DNA from: Balanoglossus misakiensis
Lineage: Eukaryota > Animalia > Hemichordata
Reading direction: 5' to 3'
DNA length: 64,000 nucleotides
Assembly: GCA_040954595.2 (NCBI GenBank)
Contig: CM082590.2
Location: 7,564,001-7,628,000, forward strand
The number at the start of each line of letters is the position of its first letter. The stretch's first letter is position 1. Below the pieces are notes generated by a model. It made no database searches and had not been told where the DNA came from. It saw only the letters and a program-made list of their open reading frames with translations. Of this stretch, positions 58,801-64,000 are shown piece after piece. The translations under genes were made by a program, and so were the position numbers.

Positions 58801-59140
58801 TTGTTTGTTTTTATTAACAGGATGAAAATGATATCACCTTGGTAATGAAGGGTTGGATTGATATGCTTGAAAAACCAGTCAGAAACCATGGTCAGGACAA
58901 TGAATGGAAAAGGTGAGAACAGTTGACCTCATTGACTCCTCAATCTCCTCACTCTGAGACGACTGATAACGACATTGATAAACAAAGATGAGATTACTGA
59001 TTTTAGTGGAAGGAGATCAAACAATTCTTGGATGACTCAAAGAACATTGAGACATTGTGTTTCTAACCGGGCTTTTTGCCTATTGGTTGTGTCTGCTTTC
59101 TTTCAGGATGAACACAATAGTCACTTCTATTTTTTATACT
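55840..59140. repeat. Diverged large tandem repeat, ~470-550-bp unit, ~6.5 copies
   Basis: Anchor AATGGAAAAGGTGAGAACAGTTGAC at ~56330, 56796, 57347, 57851, 58363, 58903. Confidence 0.92.
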
Positions 59141-59614
59141 TTTTATAATATCGATTTATGATTATCCTTATTGAAAATTGTTAAATGACAATCATAAATT
59201 TTTCATGCCAAACTGAATTGTAATATAACATGACTGGTATGTTTTATTCACAGGTATAAGATGTACGTTTGAGCTGATGTGTGGGCCGTCCACATTCCAG
59301 ACCGGAGTACCTTCTACACCACATCATAGAACAGAGCTGCTCAGTTTGAATTTGTGATTGACATCATGAATAAGCAGTCAGACAGCCAAGTCTTTAGTTG
59401 CGTATCAGCAGTCAACAGATAAGAGAACTGTTTCTGTCGAAAATGTATAAGACACACTCAAAAATAAATTACAAACACTGACATGATTTGAAAATGTTGA
59501 ATTGTTCGGAAAATAAAGATTGCTACTTTTGGGGGTGGTCGTATTTACAGAGTTGTACTTTTGAGCTGTATTTTCAACATGGCTTACTATGTTAGACATC
59601 TGCAAACTTTGATG

Positions 59615-60470
59615 AGAAAATGAACAAATTTTGACTGTCAGGCAGACATGTAGTTAGTGAATGACGATGTGAGCTATAGCCCCCAAGTCATCAAAGAAAT
59701 GAACAAATTTTGACTGTCAGGCAGACATATATTAGTGAATGACGATGTGAGCTATAGCCCCCTAGTCATCAAGCATCCCTCCCCCTCCCCCACTACATTG
59801 GTGAATGACAATGTGAGGTACGTGAGCTATAGCCCCCTAGTCATCAAAGAAAATGAATAAATTTCGACTGCTGGGAATTCATGTAGTTAGTGAATGACGA
59901 TGTGAGCTATAGCCCCCTAGTCATCAAGCACCCCTCCCCTCCCCCACTACATTAGTGAATGACAATGTGAGGTGAGCTATAGCCCCCTAATCATCAAAGA
60001 AAATGAATAAATTTCGACTGCTGGGAATTCATGTAGTTAGTGAATGACGATTTGAGTTATAGCCCCCTAGTCATCAAGCACCCCTCCCCTCCCCCACTAC
60101 ATTAGTGAATGACAATGTGAGGTGAGCTATAGCCCCCTAATCATCAAAGAAAATGAATAAATTTCGACTTCTGGGAATTCATGTAGTTAGTGAATGACGA
60201 TATGAGCTATAGCCCCCTAGTCATCAAGCACCCCTCCCCTCCCCCACTACATTAGTGAATGACAATGTGAGGTGAGCTATAGCCCCCCTAGTCATCAAAG
60301 AAAATGAACAAATTTCGACTGTCAGGCAGACATGTAGTTAGTGAATGACAATGTGAGCTGTAGTCCCCTAGTCATCAAGCATCCCTCCCCCTCCCCCACT
60401 ACATTAGTGAATGATAGTGTGAGCTATAGCTCCCCAATCATCAAGCATTCCACCCCTCCCCTTCCCCCTC
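59615..60470. repeat. 150-bp compound minisatellite (two related ~75-bp subunits)
   Basis: ATGTAGTTAGTGAATGACGA at 59881, 60031, 60181; the core TGAGCTATAGCCCCCTArTCATCAA occurs twice per unit. Confidence 0.92.
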
Positions 60471-61332
60471 CCCCAGATCCGTATGAAACTGGCCATCAAC
60501 CCATCCAATGTAGTAGTGTTAGTAGTAAAGGATGAGAAGATTGAGTGATTTCATTGATGCTACAAGTGGCAGTCTTTGAAACTTTAAGTCCTGAGATGAT
60601 TGTGTACAGCAAGGTCAGGATCTCGGATCACATGGTGTGGGGGGCGGTGTTTACAAGGAATGTATCTGCCCAGTCAACACAACCCCTCCCCTTTCCTCCT
60701 CCCCTCCCCCTGAAACTGGCCATCGACCAATATAGTAATGTGTAGGCAAAATGAAACTGCTATAAATGGTTCAATCAAGGAAGTATTCAGCTCGCATATA
60801 AAAAGAGACTGATCGAGTTTTGCTCAGAGAGTTTGTTCCTCGCCCATGGAAATTTTACTGATAGGTACACACAACCAAGTTAGCAACCTCTGATTCAAAT
60901 GATGTTGGTCTATCATTCATATTTTTGGATGCTGACCCCAAAATATTATTTTAAATTTTAAACAAAAATTAAAGTTGCCTTGAATACAATAGAAAATTTT
61001 CAGAGGTGAATTCTACTTAAACTTTCAATTATATGTAAACGGGGGCCACAGCTTAGAAAAGTGGTATTCATTTGCCTCGTGAAGTTTGTATTTATTTGAT
61101 TGGGGGATAGTTATGAAATATAATACTGGTATGAGATGATTGCTTAGTGAAGTGTTGATAGTGGCAACATTAAAGCCCCAGTAGCTGCCATTCTTAATGA
61201 TTTTAGTGATAGGTACGCATAATAATATTAGCAACCTCTGATTCTGGCCTTTCATTTGGAATGTGAATTAAATTATAAATGCATGGCAACATTAAAGCCC
61301 CAGTAGCTGCCATTCTTAATGATTTTAGTGAT

Positions 61333-63200
61333 AATTTTTCGACTTTGCGAATTTTCAAAATTTCTTCATTTTTTGAAAAAATCGTGGGTTATAGCTCATG
61401 ATTTTTATCAATAAATGAAAATTTTTCGACTTTGCGAATTTTCAAAATTTCTTCATTTTTTGAAAAAATCATGGGTTATAGCTCAGGATTTTTATCAAAA
61501 AATGACAATTTTTCGACTTTGCGAATTTTCAAAATTTCTTCATTTTTTGAAAAAATCATGGGTTATAGCTCATGATTTTTATCAAAAAATGACAATTTTT
61601 CGACTTTGCGAATTTTCAAAATTTCTTCATTTTTTGAAAAAATCATGGGTTATAGCTCATGATTTTTATCAAAAAATGACAATTTTTCGACTTTGCGAAT
61701 TTTCAAAATTTCTTCATTTTTTGAAAAAATCATGGGTTATAGCTCATGATTTTTATCAAAAAATGACAATTTTTCGACTTTGCGAAATTTCAAAATTTCT
61801 TCATTTTTTGAAAAAATCATGGGTTATAGCTCATGATTTTTATCAAAAAATGACAATTTTTCGACTTTGCGAATTTTCAAAATTTCTTCATTTTTTGAAA
61901 AAATCATGGGTTATAGCTCATGATTTTTTATCAAAAAATGACAATTTTTCGACTTTGCGAATTTTCAAAATTTCTTCATTTTTTGAAAAAATCATGGGTT
62001 ATAGCTCATGATTTTTATCAAAAAATGACAATTTTTCGACTTTGCGAATTTTCAAAATTTCTTCATTTTTTGAAAAAATCATGGGTTATAGCTCATGATT
62101 TTTATCAAAAAATGACAATTTTTCGACTTTGCGAATTTTCAAAATTTCTTCAATTTTTGAAAAAATCATGGGTTATAGCTCATGATTTTTATCAAAAAAT
62201 GACAATTTTTCGACTTTGCGAATTTTCAAAATTTCTTCATTTTTTGAAAAAATCATGGGTTATAGCTCATGATTTTTATCAAAAAATGACAATTTTTCGA
62301 CTTTGCGAATTTTCAAAATTTCTTCATTTTTTGAAAAAATCATGGGTTATAGCTCATGATTTTTATCAAAAAATGACAATTTTTCGACTTTGCGAATTTT
62401 CAAAATTTCTTCATTTTTTGAAAAAATCATGGGTTATAGCTCATGATTTTTATCAAAAAATGACAATTTTTCGACTTTGCGAATTTTCAAAATTTCTTCA
62501 TTTTTTGAAAAAATCATGGGTTATAGCTCATGATTTTTATCAAAAAATGACAATTTTTCGACTTTGCGAATTTTCAAAATTTCTTCAATTTTTGAAAAAA
62601 TCATGGGTTATAGCTCATGATTTTTATCAAAAAATGACAATTTTTCGACTTTGCGAATTTTCAAAATTTCTTCATTTTTTGAAAAAATCATGGGTTATAG
62701 CTCATGATTTTTATCAAAAAATGACAATTTTTCGACTTTGCGAATTTTCAAAATTTCTTCATTTTTTGAAAAAATCATGGGTTATAGCTCATGATTTTTA
62801 TCAAAAAATGACAATTTTTCGACTTTGCGAATTTTCAAAATTTCTTCATTTTTTGAAAAAATCATGGGTTATAGCTCATGATTTTTATCAAAAAATGACA
62901 ATTTTTCGACTTTGCGAATTTTCAAAATTTCTTCATTTTTTGAAAAAATCATGGGTTATAGCTCATGATTTTTATCAAAAAATGACAATTTTTCGACTTT
63001 GCGAATTTTCAAAATTTCTTCAATTTTTGAAAAAATCATGGGTTATAGCTCATGATTTTTTATCAAAAAATGACAATTTTTCGACTTGGCGAATTTTCAA
63101 AATTTCTTCATTTTTTGAAAAAATCATGGGTTATAGCTCATGATTTTTATCAAAAAATGACAATTTTTCGACTTTGCGAATTTTCAAAATTTCTTCAATT
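61333..63200. repeat. 87-bp satellite array, ~21.5 near-identical units
   Basis: Unit AATTTTTCGACTTTGCGAATTTTCAAAATTTCTTCATTTTTTGAAAAAATCATGGGTTATAGCTCATGATTTTTATCAAAAAATGAC. Confidence 0.98.
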
Positions 63201-64000
63201 TCTTCCGCACAATAATATTAGCAACCTCTGATTCTGGCCGTTCATTTTGGAATATGAATTAATGCAATAAATTCTATCCTTATTCCATACTATAGTTTCC
63301 TATGCCACTCTGTTTTTTTATTGTAATAAATTGAAGGAAGATTTTGAATCGACATTTATTGACAATTCACACAAAACACAGCACAGTACCAAAGTTTATG
63401 ATGTGGTAGATAACGCCCAGATTGTAAATGCGCTTGTTTTTTATTGAAATAAATTTGACATTGTCTGAACAATTAAATGTCTCAGGAAAATCATTGTCAC
63501 AAGTCCCCCCAACCCTCCACTTCCTTTGTTAATTATCACCACCATGGTCGCCTTCATCATCGTTGTCAGGCCTACGTAATAAATTATATGAAAACCTTTG
63601 AAACACACAGTCAATTATTTGAAACTTTTGGCAATTGTCAGTGGCACTGACATGATGTGATAAACAGCACCCCAACGGAATAATCAGGAAAGTGACTTCT
63701 AAATGGGGTTGGGAATTGTGAATTTACTTTGGCAATATACTAAGTATTTTACCAAAGTTATTAAAACTGAGAAACAACTATGGTATTTTGAAAACCTCTC
63801 TTCTTGCCAAGTTAGTACTTAGATTCTCTGAGCAAAAAAAGTCTTCTTTTGTAATTTGATTTCTAAACAAAGTAGCTGGTATATATGGTACTAATATACA
63901 AATCATCTTATACCCGTTAAATTTAATATTTTCTACTATTCGCTTTCATAATAATTATTATAATTGCAAAAATACGGTGTTTTGAGGTGATCTCCATAAA

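Noticed and set aside
61415-63143. 198-aa and 407-aa ORFs of 29-aa repeats
   Set aside because: Artefact of an 87-bp (multiple of 3) satellite lacking stops in one frame; single-base indels break the frame.
59615-63200. CRISPR-like appearance of regularly spaced palindromic repeats
   Set aside because: The intervening sequences are identical rather than unique spacers, the context is eukaryotic, and there are no cas genes.

Overview
AT-rich, intron-containing animal genomic DNA, probably a marine invertebrate (inference from gene style and MITE content; not prokaryotic). Six protein-coding genes were reconstructed by hand from splice signals and reading frames: (1) DCTN6/dynactin p27 (-, 7 exons, one U12-type minor-spliceosome intron). 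(2) Head-to-head with it, an ornithine decarboxylase antizyme gene (+) that the ORF track misses because it needs a programmed +1 ribosomal frameshift at TCC-TGA (6134-6139), followed by a candidate pseudoknot. (3) An unrecognised 380-aa single-exon ORF (-). (4) A single-exon heparan-sulfate 3-O-sulfotransferase-like gene (+). (5) A 20-exon ZRANB3 (SNF2 helicase, PIP, NZF, HNH). (6) A DCLK3-like kinase with two DCX domains, a 17-kb intron and a probable alternative first exon. Non-coding DNA carries several MITE families (TTAA-flanked Kolobok-like and piggyBac-like, TA-flanked Tc1/mariner-like) and microsatellites. The last 8 kb is a stack of tandem repeats (~520 bp, 150 bp, 87 bp). The 87-bp array is palindromic, has a 5-unit higher-order period and visibly interrupts a pre-existing duplicated sequence.
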